Origin: Alkalispirochaeta sp.
GTDB lineage: Bacteria > Spirochaetota > Spirochaetia > DSM-27196 > Alkalispirochaetaceae
DNA: 64,000 nt
Assembly: GCA_965601925.1 (NCBI GenBank)
Contig: OZ271854.1
Span: forward strand, 1,280,001-1,344,000
Direction of reading: 5' to 3'
The position numbers and the translations under genes were made by a program. Under the pieces are notes generated by a model. It saw only the letters and a list, made by a program, of their open reading frames with translations. It was not told the DNA's origin and did no database searches. Positions 31,918-41,915 of the stretch are shown here, in pieces (position 1 is the first letter of the stretch; each line of letters opens with the position of its first letter).

Positions 31918-33003
31918 TTAGAAGCAGGCGAAGGAGCCGTCTCGCCTGGCGACCGCCGTAACACCACCGCTGATTCCCGCAGAATCGCCGCCGACGTCAC
32001 CGCCGGCGAGATCGATTCGATACCGGTTCTCAACTCGTCCTCCACTGAGTTCGAACACGTCGCCGGACTCGGATATGGCCAAGACCGCCTGACCGGTACC
32101 GCGAACCAGAGCCGCAATCGATACGTCGAGTTCCAACTTGGTCGGTCCGTCGTTGGACCGCAACCGATACTGATACACCGACCTTCTGTCGGCGGCTACA
32201 AATGAAACTCGATCGCTTACCACGGCTCGCTCTACGGCGACCTTCTCGGAAAAATCTCTGATTTCATCTCCGGTGCGTTCGTCAAGCACTCGTACCGTGC
32301 CGTCATTATCGATGCCCCAAAGCTCGGTGAATCCGGGCTCAAAGGCCGGATACAACAGCGTTCCGTTTATCTCCTCGATAACTTCCAACGTTTGCGCAAA
32401 AAGGCTGTAAGCCGCACGGTCGCCGCCGCGATACAACCGAGTTCCGCGCCGATTGGATACCAACGCACCCTCTCCGGGAGTGAGATCTCTCGTTCTCGGG
32501 TTTGATAACTCGGACAGTCGATGACCGTACTCCGTTATCCGGGTACCGCCGTCGGATATGATGTACACTCGACTCCCGTCGGGCGAAAACGATAGATCGG
32601 ATATATCATGCAATCCGGTATCGATTTCATTCCGAAGCTCAAAGCCTTCGGCGCCGTACATTGCAATAACCGGGCTATCTTCAAAAACGACAAAGACCGC
32701 CGCTCCACCGGGCGTCGGTACGACACGAACCGGTACCCGCCCCAGTTGAATGCGTTCTTCTATGCGCAGGGTTCCGAGATTGAGAGCGATCAGCTGTTCA
32801 CTGCCGGGACTCAGGAGAAAAATCGCCCCTTCCTGCGCATGATACGCCACCGGATCGTTCGGTTCCCGTTGATCTCGGGCGCGTGTCGTGGGATTCGCAT
32901 GGTAGGCCGCCAGAAGAACAAGAGACCCGGCGCACAGGCCGGCGTAGAGCGGTCCCTTGAGTTTGCTCCATAGGGATAGTCTTTTCGCTTCTCGATCCGC
33001 CAT
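31918..33003 (-). CDS. Exported YncE-like beta-propeller protein
   Basis: N-terminal hydrophobic segment and repeats such as VPTPGG..VFV and SFSPDGSRVY. First gene of the sulfur operon. Confidence 0.65.
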   Translation of the reverse strand: MADREAKRLSLWSKLKGPLYAGLCAGSLVLLAAYHANPTTRARDQREPNDPVAYHAQEGAIFLLSPGSEQLIALNLGTLRIEERIQLGRVPVRVVPTPGGAAVFVVFEDSPVIAMYGAEGFELRNEIDTGLHDISDLSFSPDGSRVYIISDGGTRITEYGHRLSELSNPRTRDLTPGEGALVSNRRGTRLYRGGDRAAYSLFAQTLEVIEEINGTLLYPAFEPGFTELWGIDNDGTVRVLDERTGDEIRDFSEKVAVERAVVSDRVSFVAADRRSVYQYRLRSNDGPTKLELDVSIAALVRGTGQAVLAISESGDVFELSGGRVENRYRIDLAGGDVGGDSAGISGGVTAVARRDGSFACF

Positions 33004-33343
33004 TGCGCCCCTCTACCCAACAAAGTCAAGTTGTTTAGTAGAGTATAAATCATATAAAACTTTGTCAAGTGAGATAATCAAGAATAAACGGTAGGCGAAG
33101 AAACGCTACCTGAATCCTCGCACAACGCGCCGAAGGGTGCGCAGTCGGAGCGTTGTGCTCGTGATGTGGAAGACAATGGCTACTCTCGGACGATCTGCAC
33201 GACCAGTCGGAACTCGTCGATAGTGTAATCCGAGTTTCACGTGGGGTTATATATCGGCAAGGACGTAGTGCGGGTCGAAAAGCTCGGTGGGTCGAGGCCG
33301 CACCACTCACGGCGGGTAGCGCTTGGAGGCGCATCGCAACGGA

Positions 33344-34342
33344 CTATGCGTTCGGCTCATCACCGAGTCGCGATGTCCGGCGACGCAGCTCGCGCGGGGA
33401 CATACCGAAGTAACGGTGAGCGGCGCGAGCGAACGCGCTCTGATCGCGATATCCGCACATTTCGGCCACCTCGCCGACCGGTTGCCGTCCGTGGCGCAAA
33501 AACCACGCCGCGCGACTCATCCTTCGTTCTCGCAAGACGTCCGTCGCCGTCCGGTGAAGGGTGCGTCGAAAGGAGCGATGGAGCGTAGAGGGACTCACCG
33601 ACAGAGCGCCCGCAAGGTCTCCGACGCCGACTCCGCTGTGCATGTTGGCCTCGAACCACGCGATCGCGCGCCCGACGAGATGCTCCGGGTCCAACGCGTC
33701 GTAGCGCGGAGCTGGCGTGCACAGATCGAGATATGTCGCGGTCGTATCCAACAATACGGACGAGGCGCGAAATCGTTGTGCCGCGATACGCGCGGGGGTG
33801 GAGACGGGAGCCAGCAGTCGCGCCTGTGCACACAGTCGCGCGGCGAGACGATCGAGCAAAGAATGTCGTCCCGAGGACCACACGAGGCACACCCACAGTG
33901 CGCTCCCCACGACGGTATCGAGTTCGGTGGGCACGGTATCGTAATGAAACACGGCTACCTCCGACGGTCGGTGATCCGGCGCGCTCCATCCATGGAGGGA
34001 GGCGGGACGAAACACCCACAAGCGCGCAACCTCCTCGGATCGCCGTACGCCGTCACGCCGGGTGTCCCCGGACGGGGCCACCTTCGCGCGCCGAGTGGGA
34101 GCTCCTACACTTCCGAGGCCGTTACGAGCAGACACATATGCGCCCGTTTCCACACGATCCGCAATGTTCGACGACCCCATGGTGACGGTGGTGCCCCGAT
34201 CGGCTTCACCCAAACCGAACGTAGCCTCCGCTCCTCCGAGCACCAACTGCAACTCCCATACCGATCGGCGATAGGTGGGCACCGGGTACGCACCGTATGT
34301 GCGCGTGCCCCACGAAACGTATCGAGCGTCGTATAGATCCAT
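33344..34342 (-). CDS. AraC family regulator
   Basis: C-terminal double HTH (LAGALSVSPSTLHRSF, VAEMCGYRDQSAFARA..RYFGMSP). Divergent from an oxidoreductase gene. Confidence 0.8.
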   Translation of the reverse strand: MDLYDARYVSWGTRTYGAYPVPTYRRSVWELQLVLGGAEATFGLGEADRGTTVTMGSSNIADRVETGAYVSARNGLGSVGAPTRRAKVAPSGDTRRDGVRRSEEVARLWVFRPASLHGWSAPDHRPSEVAVFHYDTVPTELDTVVGSALWVCLVWSSGRHSLLDRLAARLCAQARLLAPVSTPARIAAQRFRASSVLLDTTATYLDLCTPAPRYDALDPEHLVGRAIAWFEANMHSGVGVGDLAGALSVSPSTLHRSFRRTLHRTATDVLRERRMSRAAWFLRHGRQPVGEVAEMCGYRDQSAFARAAHRYFGMSPRELRRRTSRLGDEPNA

Positions 34343-34412
34343 GCTTCATTCTGCACAAAATCGGACCGTTTCTGCACGCCCGACTCGCATGTATCCGTGC
34401 AATCATTGCGAC

Positions 34413-35714
34413 ATGAAACGCTACATGATCGTGGGAGTAGGAAGCCGTTCGTACATGTATTTGGACGCAATAACCGGCCGATTTTCCGGTGAAGCGCGCT
34501 TAGTCGCGCTCTGCGACGCAAATCCTCACCGTCTTGATCTTGCGCGCACGAGGTGCGAAGCACAAGGCGCATCCCCGGCAACCGGCGGTTCGGCCGATTT
34601 CGAGTCGCTCATATCTGCACAATCGGTGGAAACCGTAATCGTCACGTCGATCGACCGGACCCACGACGAATACATCGTACGCGCCTTGGAGGCCGGGTGC
34701 GACGTTATCGTCGAGAAGCCACTTACGATCACACCGCGTAAACTCTCCTCGATCGAAGCGAGTCGCCGGCGTACCGGAAAAACGATACGGGTGGCGTTCA
34801 ACTATCGCTACGCGCCGCGAAACAGCGTTATCAGAGAGCTGCTTCAGGTGCGTCGAGCGATCGGTCGCATCCACTCCGTTCACTTCGAGTGGCTGCTCGA
34901 CACGCGCCACGGAGCCGACTACTTCCGTCGATGGCACCGTGACAAGCGTAACTCCGGCGGACTACTCGTCCACAAGGCGACCCACCACTTCGATCTGGTC
35001 AACTGGTGGCTCGACGACGTACCGGAGAGGGTGTTTGCCTCCGGCGATTTGGTCTACTACGGACGTGAGAACGCGGAGCGTCGCGGGCTGTCTACCTTCT
35101 CCGCGCGCGGGACGGACGCCCCTGCCGACGATCCCTTCGCACTTAACCTGAAGTCCGATCCGAAGCTGAAAGCGTTGTACTGGGACGCGGAGGAGCACGA
35201 CGGGTATCGCCGGGATGAGAACGTGTTCGGCAACTACATTTCCATCGAGGACGATATGGCGGTTCTCGTCGACTACCGCGGCGGTGCGCGTCTGTCCTAT
35301 CACCTCACGGCGTACTCTCCGTGGGAGGGCTTTCGCGTCGCCTTCAACGGCGACGGCGGCCGTATCGAGTACGAGGTGGTCGAGTCGACGACGATATCGG
35401 GAAGCGCAGCGAATCGTAACCGGACGGATCGCGCGCGGGACGAGAAGCCGTGGGAGGCGGTCTCTATCCGCCTGATGCCGCTATTCGGCGAGACGGAGAC
35501 GATATCGGTCCCGGGGGCGCACGAGGTAGGCCACGGCGGCGGTGACCGTCGCCTGCTGGAAGACATCTTTGCCGCAGCCCCGGAAGACGATCCGCTGGGA
35601 CGCGCCGCCGATCATCGGGCCGGTATCAACTCGATCGCGGTAGGTATCGCGGGAAATCTAAGTATGGCCGCAGGCCGCGCCGTGGCGATCGACGAGGTGC
35701 TGCCCCGCGCGTAA
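34413..35714 (+). CDS. Gfo/Idh/MocA oxidoreductase
   Basis: GVGSR, EKP, FNYRY, HGADYFRRWHR, HKATHHFDL, GHGGGD. Confidence 0.92.
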   Translation: MKRYMIVGVGSRSYMYLDAITGRFSGEARLVALCDANPHRLDLARTRCEAQGASPATGGSADFESLISAQSVETVIVTSIDRTHDEYIVRALEAGCDVIVEKPLTITPRKLSSIEASRRRTGKTIRVAFNYRYAPRNSVIRELLQVRRAIGRIHSVHFEWLLDTRHGADYFRRWHRDKRNSGGLLVHKATHHFDLVNWWLDDVPERVFASGDLVYYGRENAERRGLSTFSARGTDAPADDPFALNLKSDPKLKALYWDAEEHDGYRRDENVFGNYISIEDDMAVLVDYRGGARLSYHLTAYSPWEGFRVAFNGDGGRIEYEVVESTTISGSAANRNRTDRARDEKPWEAVSIRLMPLFGETETISVPGAHEVGHGGGDRRLLEDIFAAAPEDDPLGRAADHRAGINSIAVGIAGNLSMAAGRAVAIDEVLPRA

Positions 35715-35837
35715 CGCGCCTCGCAGCGGCGCGGACAGTCTCCGGGAAGGCGGCGGGCGACGTGACGCGGCCGAGGGGTCGCGCACGGCGCCGGTAGTCT
35801 CCGTGGTAGCGTCGGACGGCGTGGGCCTTCGCCTCCC

Positions 35838-37562
35838 TCAGTCGGCCTTCGCCAGCGTGACGATCTCGCGCTGTTCGGTTGCCGCAATCCGATATCCGGC
35901 GCTCAAGACCGTGAGGTCGATGATCCCCGCCTCGGCACCACTGTTCGTCGCCAGCGCGACGGCCAGCACCGTTTGGTCGGCAAAGCTTGCGTCGTCGTAC
36001 GGCCCAACGCCGCTGTCGGGGCTGAAAATGTCGCGATGAACGTGGTGCTCGCCCCCGTCGACGGTAAGGAGCTCCGCGGCAACGGGAGCGCGACTTCCTA
36101 TCGACAGAACCGTCTCCTGGCCCACGGCAAAGTCCTCCGCCCAAAGATAGTAACGCGTCGTGGAACGGTACCACGAACCGCCATCTCCGGCTCCCTCCTC
36201 ATGAGTGTAGAGTTGTATCCAACACTCACCCCCGATGTAGTCCGCAGTATGGTTGACGAGGCGCACCCAGAACGTCTCCAACTCGGCGACGGTAACCGAG
36301 GGCGTAGCGTACCCCAAGAAGTACCAGTTGATCTTGGTACCCTTGCCGTCCGTCGCGGGACCCTCTGTCCACGGATCATCGCCGATATTGCGGAAGGACC
36401 ATCCGTTGAGATCGTTGTCGGCGCCGGGAGAGGTCTCATCGGGGGCAATCGCGTTTACGGCCCCGCCTTCAATACCGTCGTTGTAGGGGATGTCCGTGGG
36501 ATAGACTAAGACGACGTCGGACGAGGCGGAGCTCAACGCGCCCTCATACTCCACCGCAACGTCCACGCGAAACACACGGCGCCCGTGCCCACCGTCACCC
36601 TTGAGAGATGCAAGGTAGTCGGGAGTCAAACTGATGCTGTCGCCGTGCTCTCCCCCGGGAACGGCAGCGCCGTCGATAGACCACCGATAGCTTGCCTCAC
36701 GGGGATCGAAATCGGCGTTGGTGACCTCGGCCCTCACGACGACGGGCGCGAGCCCACCGGCATCGACCGGCGTGCCCGCTGCGGTGATGTCGACGGACAG
36801 CGGATCGCTCGACTCGTCGACGATCGAGAGTCTCACGCGATCGGCGGGGCCGTCGTCGAGTGCGGCAAACAGACACGTTCCCTTTGAAGCGCCGCCGTGG
36901 ACGATACGGGTGGCGACGGTCCCTCCGCACCGCACGGTGTCACCGTCGCGAAGCGTCACCGCCACCGTGTAGTAGCCGGTGGGCAGAGTTGCATGTACTC
37001 CCACGGGTCGACCGTCGGTCTCCTGTACGGGTACCTCGATCGTCGAGCCTCCGGCGGCGTCGGTTACCGATACGGCGACCGTCGGAACGCCGCTTGCCGC
37101 CTCATCGTCCCACTGAAATGCGAGTTCCAACGCTCCGACTCCGTCGATCGGCGCGACGAGGACGGAGGCGTCGGTTCTCCGGTCCGCGACGATGGTGACG
37201 GTAACCGTCCCGATGCCGATCTGTGTACCACGGTCGTTCGATGCACGGACGGTCACCGACCAATCTCCGATCGGAAGGCGGTCGACGACCACGTCGGATC
37301 CCGGTTCCACCGTCGGCACCGAAAAGGTGCCGTCCGCCGGCCCCACACCCTCGACGGAATACGCCGCGGGAGACATATCGATATCGCTGTCGATCATCTG
37401 TACGCCCAGCCTCTCCTCCACAATCGAGAGGCTGAGCGTTCCGACCCGGTCTTCGCCGGTATCCACAGCGACCTGACATGCATAGATCGTCGTCAAAAGA
37501 AGGAAAAACAGCGCGCAGTACACGACGATCCATCTCCACGCTACCGAGAAGAATCGCATCAT
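35838..37562 (-). CDS. Hypothetical surface lipoprotein with beta-rich domains
   Basis: GAGGAG RBS, hydrophobic leader ending IYAC, long beta-rich ORF. Confidence 0.7.
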   Translation of the reverse strand: MMRFFSVAWRWIVVYCALFFLLLTTIYACQVAVDTGEDRVGTLSLSIVEERLGVQMIDSDIDMSPAAYSVEGVGPADGTFSVPTVEPGSDVVVDRLPIGDWSVTVRASNDRGTQIGIGTVTVTIVADRRTDASVLVAPIDGVGALELAFQWDDEAASGVPTVAVSVTDAAGGSTIEVPVQETDGRPVGVHATLPTGYYTVAVTLRDGDTVRCGGTVATRIVHGGASKGTCLFAALDDGPADRVRLSIVDESSDPLSVDITAAGTPVDAGGLAPVVVRAEVTNADFDPREASYRWSIDGAAVPGGEHGDSISLTPDYLASLKGDGGHGRRVFRVDVAVEYEGALSSASSDVVLVYPTDIPYNDGIEGGAVNAIAPDETSPGADNDLNGWSFRNIGDDPWTEGPATDGKGTKINWYFLGYATPSVTVAELETFWVRLVNHTADYIGGECWIQLYTHEEGAGDGGSWYRSTTRYYLWAEDFAVGQETVLSIGSRAPVAAELLTVDGGEHHVHRDIFSPDSGVGPYDDASFADQTVLAVALATNSGAEAGIIDLTVLSAGYRIAATEQREIVTLAKAD

Positions 37563-37790
37563 CGTTTTGCTCCTCACATATTTACCTGCAGAAACACACG
37601 CCCGGGCGTTGCGTAATGTTTTAGTATCAACCCACTGCTTGGGATACGTCAAACGAAACGTACCGGGTTTACCCTCGCTTGAGGCGGGCCCGCCCTTTGT
37701 GGGAACCGCCGGCGCAAGACGATGTTCCCGACTAACGGTAAATCGCCTCGTTCGACGCTCTCCCGGCCTACGTCGCCGAGAGTCTGTGTG

Positions 37791-38915
37791 TTATGTGACT
37801 GCGCCTGCGCGAAGGCTGCGGAGAAAGGTGTGATAGTCGCGGGGAGAGAGCGGCAGATCGAGAGAGCGTCTCTCACGGGCCGACATAATCGCCGCGTTGG
37901 CGATCTCAAGTGAGGCAACTCCGTCCCGTCCGTCGGCGATGAGCGCGACGGACCGATCACGAATAGCCTCTACGAAGTTCTCCAAAATCAAGCGGTGTCC
38001 CGCCTCGCCATGGTGGTGATAGGCGACCTCCCCAGCCTCTGCGGGCACGTGGGTCATCGTCTCGGTTGAGGTTCGAATGTACTCCAACACCGACTGTGCG
38101 GTTCGTTCGTGGAAGAGTCGCCCGTTCTCAAAGACGAGCTTTCCCAACTCTCCGACGACCTCCAGCCGATTGGTTCCCGGCGACTCGGCGGTGGACGATA
38201 CGATGTGCCCGACCATTCCGGAGGGGTGTTCCGCGATAATCGTGATCTCGTCCTCCACCTCGATGCTGTGGTACTTTCCGAACGCACCCACCGCGGTAAG
38301 GCGCGCCGGACGACCGGCGATCCACTGGTAGATGTCCAAGTTGTGCGGCGCCTGATTCATAGTGACGCCTCCGCCTTCGTTGCGCCACGAGGCTCGCCAC
38401 CCGCCCGAGTCGTAGTAAGACTGCGTGCGAAACCAATCGGTGATGATCCACGTCATACGCATCAGCCGTCCCAGCTCCCCTTCGAGCACCATCCGCCGAA
38501 TCTCACGCCAATGGCCGTAGGTACGTTGTTGGAACATCACGGCAAAGCGCAGGTCGGGCCGGGTGCGCCGCGCAGCTTCATACGCCTCATTCATCGCCGT
38601 AGCCTCCGCTACCTCGACCGCGATCGGTTTCTCCACGAGTACGTGTACTCCCCGCTCAAACGCCTCCTCGGTAAGCTCGCGGTGGCTGGGATGCGGAGTA
38701 GCGACGACGATACCGTCGGGCTCCATCGCGTCGAGCATCGTTACGAAGTCTCCGTACGCGGCGGCACCCACCTCGTCGGCGACACGACCGGCTCGTGCAG
38801 CATCAACGTCGACGACGGCGCACAGGTCGGCACCTTCCGACGCCGCGAGATCGCGACAGTGAGGCGTGCCCATGTTTCCGAGGCCTACTACGGCGATACG
38901 TATCTTGTCGTTCAT
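37791..38915 (-). CDS. Gfo/Idh/MocA oxidoreductase
   Basis: VVGLGNMG, ATPH, EKP, GGGVTMNQAPHNLD. Confidence 0.92.
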   Translation of the reverse strand: MNDKIRIAVVGLGNMGTPHCRDLAASEGADLCAVVDVDAARAGRVADEVGAAAYGDFVTMLDAMEPDGIVVATPHPSHRELTEEAFERGVHVLVEKPIAVEVAEATAMNEAYEAARRTRPDLRFAVMFQQRTYGHWREIRRMVLEGELGRLMRMTWIITDWFRTQSYYDSGGWRASWRNEGGGVTMNQAPHNLDIYQWIAGRPARLTAVGAFGKYHSIEVEDEITIIAEHPSGMVGHIVSSTAESPGTNRLEVVGELGKLVFENGRLFHERTAQSVLEYIRTSTETMTHVPAEAGEVAYHHHGEAGHRLILENFVEAIRDRSVALIADGRDGVASLEIANAAIMSARERRSLDLPLSPRDYHTFLRSLRAGAVT

Positions 38916-38916
38916 T

Positions 38917-40038
38917 TCAGCCCCCTCGAGCCGTGTCGAAGTCCGGTTTGACGATCTCCGCATGCGCTTGCGCATCTATACAGAGCTCGGCCGCGAGGAA
39001 CGTGTGCTCCTGGCGCATCGCGCGCTCGGTTCCCTCCAAGCAGTCCACGATGAGCTCGCCGAAGTACGGGAAGCCGACCGTTCCGGTACACTCAAAACGG
39101 TGCTCGCCCCGCCCGTCGACCATGAGAAGGGTGTTCTCAACCGCCTTGTGGGCGACGTCGACATACTTCCGAAGCTCGATATACCCGTCGGTTCCGAGGA
39201 TAAAGGTGCGCCCGTCTCCCCACGTGGATAACCCGTCGGGAGTAAACCAGTCGACGCGAAAGTAGTTGCTTGCGCCGTTGTCGGCCACGAGCGCGGCGTC
39301 GCCGAAGTCCTCCAGCTCGGGATAGTGAGGATGGGCGAGATTTCCCACTTTGCTGTGAACGACTCTCGCAGACGAGGCGCCGCTGTATGAGAGGAACTGT
39401 TCGATCTGGTGGCTCCCGATATCGATCAAGATGCCGCCGTAGTACTCCCGCTCGAAGAACCAAGCCGGTCTACTCTCGGCGCGCAGGCGATGGGGACCCA
39501 ATCCGACGACTTGAATGACGCGTCCGATCGCACCGTCGTCGATCAACTGCCCTGCAAACACGGCCGCTTCGTTTTGGACGCGCTCACTGTAACAGACCGC
39601 CCACATGAGTCTCGTCGCCTCGACGCTCCGCCGCGCGGAGGCGAGTTGCTCCCGCGTCGTAAAAGGCGCCTTATCGGAGAAATAGTGTTTTCCGGCCCCT
39701 TGCACGGCGAGCCCCAAAGGCCCGCGCTCGCTCGGAACGGCGGCCGAGGCCACCAATCTAATCGTAGGGTCGTCCAAAATCTCATCGCGACTACGCGCAA
39801 CGCGTACGCCCGGAAACAAGGTACGAAACTGTTCGACCTTCTGCGCGTCGGGATCCCAAACCGCTGCGAGGGTCGCTCCGGCGTCGACGAGGCCCGCGCA
39901 CATGCCGAAAATGTGGCCGTGGTCGAGACCGATCGCCGCCACGGGAAAGGCGCCGTCTTCGACGACGCGTTTTTTCGCCGCCCTCGGCGCGTAGTTCATT
40001 CCGTCGGTCGAGCCGGATCCGGTTTTCGTTGTAGCCAC
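38917..40038 (-). CDS. Gfo/Idh/MocA oxidoreductase
   Basis: IGLDHGH, DKA, GGILIDIGSHQ, RVDWFTPDGL. Confidence 0.9.
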   Translation of the reverse strand: MATTKTGSGSTDGMNYAPRAAKKRVVEDGAFPVAAIGLDHGHIFGMCAGLVDAGATLAAVWDPDAQKVEQFRTLFPGVRVARSRDEILDDPTIRLVASAAVPSERGPLGLAVQGAGKHYFSDKAPFTTREQLASARRSVEATRLMWAVCYSERVQNEAAVFAGQLIDDGAIGRVIQVVGLGPHRLRAESRPAWFFEREYYGGILIDIGSHQIEQFLSYSGASSARVVHSKVGNLAHPHYPELEDFGDAALVADNGASNYFRVDWFTPDGLSTWGDGRTFILGTDGYIELRKYVDVAHKAVENTLLMVDGRGEHRFECTGTVGFPYFGELIVDCLEGTERAMRQEHTFLAAELCIDAQAHAEIVKPDFDTARGG

Positions 40039-40045
40039 TTGGCCG

Positions 40046-40912
40046 TTACCCCTTCAGGCCGGAGGTACTAATACCCTCCACGATGTGCCTCTGGAACAGT
40101 ATGAACACGATCAAAACCGGTACCAACGAGAGAAACGACATCGCAAAGATCGCTCCCCAGTCGGTAACACCGGTCGGATCGGCAAACGAGCGCAGCGCAA
40201 CGGAGATAGTATACAGCCGCGGGTTATTGAGGTAAATCAACGGCGTGAGAAAGTCCGACCACGTCCAATAGAACGAAAAGATACTCGCGGTTACCAACGC
40301 CGGTTTGACCAGCGGCATAATTACGTACGCGAAGATGCCGAAACTGCCCATACCGTCGATCGAGGCCGCCTCGTCGAGCTCCAAGGGAATACCGCGAATA
40401 AACTGGACGATCATGAAGATGAAAAACGCCTGGCCCGCCTGACCGAGAAAGCGCGGCAACAGGAGCGGCCAGAAGGTGTTTACCCACCCCAGTTGGGTAA
40501 ACAGAATATAACGCGGAATGATTTGGATCTGCACCGGCAACATGAGAGTCGCGAGCATGCACGCAAACCAGACGTTGCGCCCTGGAAACTTCAATCGCGC
40601 AAACCCGAAAGCCACAACCGCCGAACACGCCACCGCGCCGATCGTTCCTACCCCTGCGTAGATGATCGAGTTGCGATAGAAGGTCGTAAACGAGACGCCG
40701 CCGAACCCCCGCCATCCACTCACGAAATTACGCAGCGTAGGATTGGTTGGAATGAGTCGCGATACCTCGACCCAGATCTCGTTCTCCGGCTTGAAGCTGC
40801 TTCCGGCCAGCCACAACAGGGGGTACAACATCGCAAAGCCGCAACCGATGACGAGAGCGTGAAAGATGATGCTCTCGACGGTCCGGCGCGCCTTGACTCC
40901 CATGGTGATCAC
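40046..40912 (-). CDS. Carbohydrate ABC transporter permease
   Basis: EAA loop IPLELDEAASIDG and FQRHIVEGI. GTG start overlapping the upstream stop, with an AAGGAGG RBS. Confidence 0.93.
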   Translation of the reverse strand: MITMGVKARRTVESIIFHALVIGCGFAMLYPLLWLAGSSFKPENEIWVEVSRLIPTNPTLRNFVSGWRGFGGVSFTTFYRNSIIYAGVGTIGAVACSAVVAFGFARLKFPGRNVWFACMLATLMLPVQIQIIPRYILFTQLGWVNTFWPLLLPRFLGQAGQAFFIFMIVQFIRGIPLELDEAASIDGMGSFGIFAYVIMPLVKPALVTASIFSFYWTWSDFLTPLIYLNNPRLYTISVALRSFADPTGVTDWGAIFAMSFLSLVPVLIVFILFQRHIVEGISTSGLKG

Positions 40913-41817
40913 GATTTGCCCTCCTTGGCTTCGTAGAAGACCCAGAACGACGAGGTCCGAAAGACAAGGCCGGTACACGTCGCCACGACAATGAGCAGGA
41001 TCAACGCCATTGCCGCGCCGTATCCCATCTGAAACGTTTCGAACGCGCGTCGATATAGGTACAACGCGTAAAAGTTCGTCGTATCGAGCGGCCCACCTTG
41101 AGTAATAACAAAGGGTTGGGTGAAAACGGTGAGTCCGAAAATCATTTGCATAATTAAGTTGAAGAAGATCACCGGCGACAGGAGTGGAAGGGTGATGAGA
41201 AAAAACTTCCGCACCCCGCCTGCGCCGTCGATGTGGGCGCTCTCGTATAACTCCTCGGGTATCTGTTTGAGGCCCGACAAAAAAATGAGCATCGGCGAGC
41301 CGAACTGCCACACCACCAGAAGAATGAGCGTCCAGATCGCCGTCCGAGGGTCGCCGAGCCAGGCGATTCGCTGTTGGACGCCGACTCCCGCCAACAGCGC
41401 GTTTACCAGACCGCGAGCACCGAATATCTCGCGCCACATGACCGCTACCGCAACGCTGGTGCCGAGGATCGACGGGGCGTAGTACACGGCGCGATACAGA
41501 CCGAGTAAATGGTGACGTGTATTCAGAATCATGGCGACGATCAGCGCGAAAGCCAACCTGAAAGGCACGGCAAAGAGGGCGAAGTACAACGTCGCGCGGA
41601 CGGAGTTCCAATAGCGCGGATCGGCGAAAAACATGCGCCGAAAGTTGTCCAAACCGATCCATTGCGGCGCGGTAAAAATGTCGTATGACGTGAAGCTGAG
41701 ATAGAGACTTCCCACAATGGGCGCCAAGGTGAGCCCGAAGAATCCTATCAGCCACGGTGAGATGAACACATATCCGGCGATCGTGTTATGCCGCCGGCGT
41801 TGCGCACTAAAGGTCAT
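40909..41817 (-). CDS. Carbohydrate ABC transporter permease
   Basis: WIGLDNF, IPEELYESAHIDGA, ITLPLLSP, MGYGAA. Confidence 0.93.
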   Translation of the reverse strand: MTFSAQRRRHNTIAGYVFISPWLIGFFGLTLAPIVGSLYLSFTSYDIFTAPQWIGLDNFRRMFFADPRYWNSVRATLYFALFAVPFRLAFALIVAMILNTRHHLLGLYRAVYYAPSILGTSVAVAVMWREIFGARGLVNALLAGVGVQQRIAWLGDPRTAIWTLILLVVWQFGSPMLIFLSGLKQIPEELYESAHIDGAGGVRKFFLITLPLLSPVIFFNLIMQMIFGLTVFTQPFVITQGGPLDTTNFYALYLYRRAFETFQMGYGAAMALILLIVVATCTGLVFRTSSFWVFYEAKEGKS

Positions 41818-41915
41818 GGATCCTCCCGAACGGTAACCGGAGCGTCGCGCGCTTTCCTATGCGAAGCGCGCGACGCGGAACCGGCGAATAGTATAGTTGG
41901 CCGGCCGTGCGGCGA

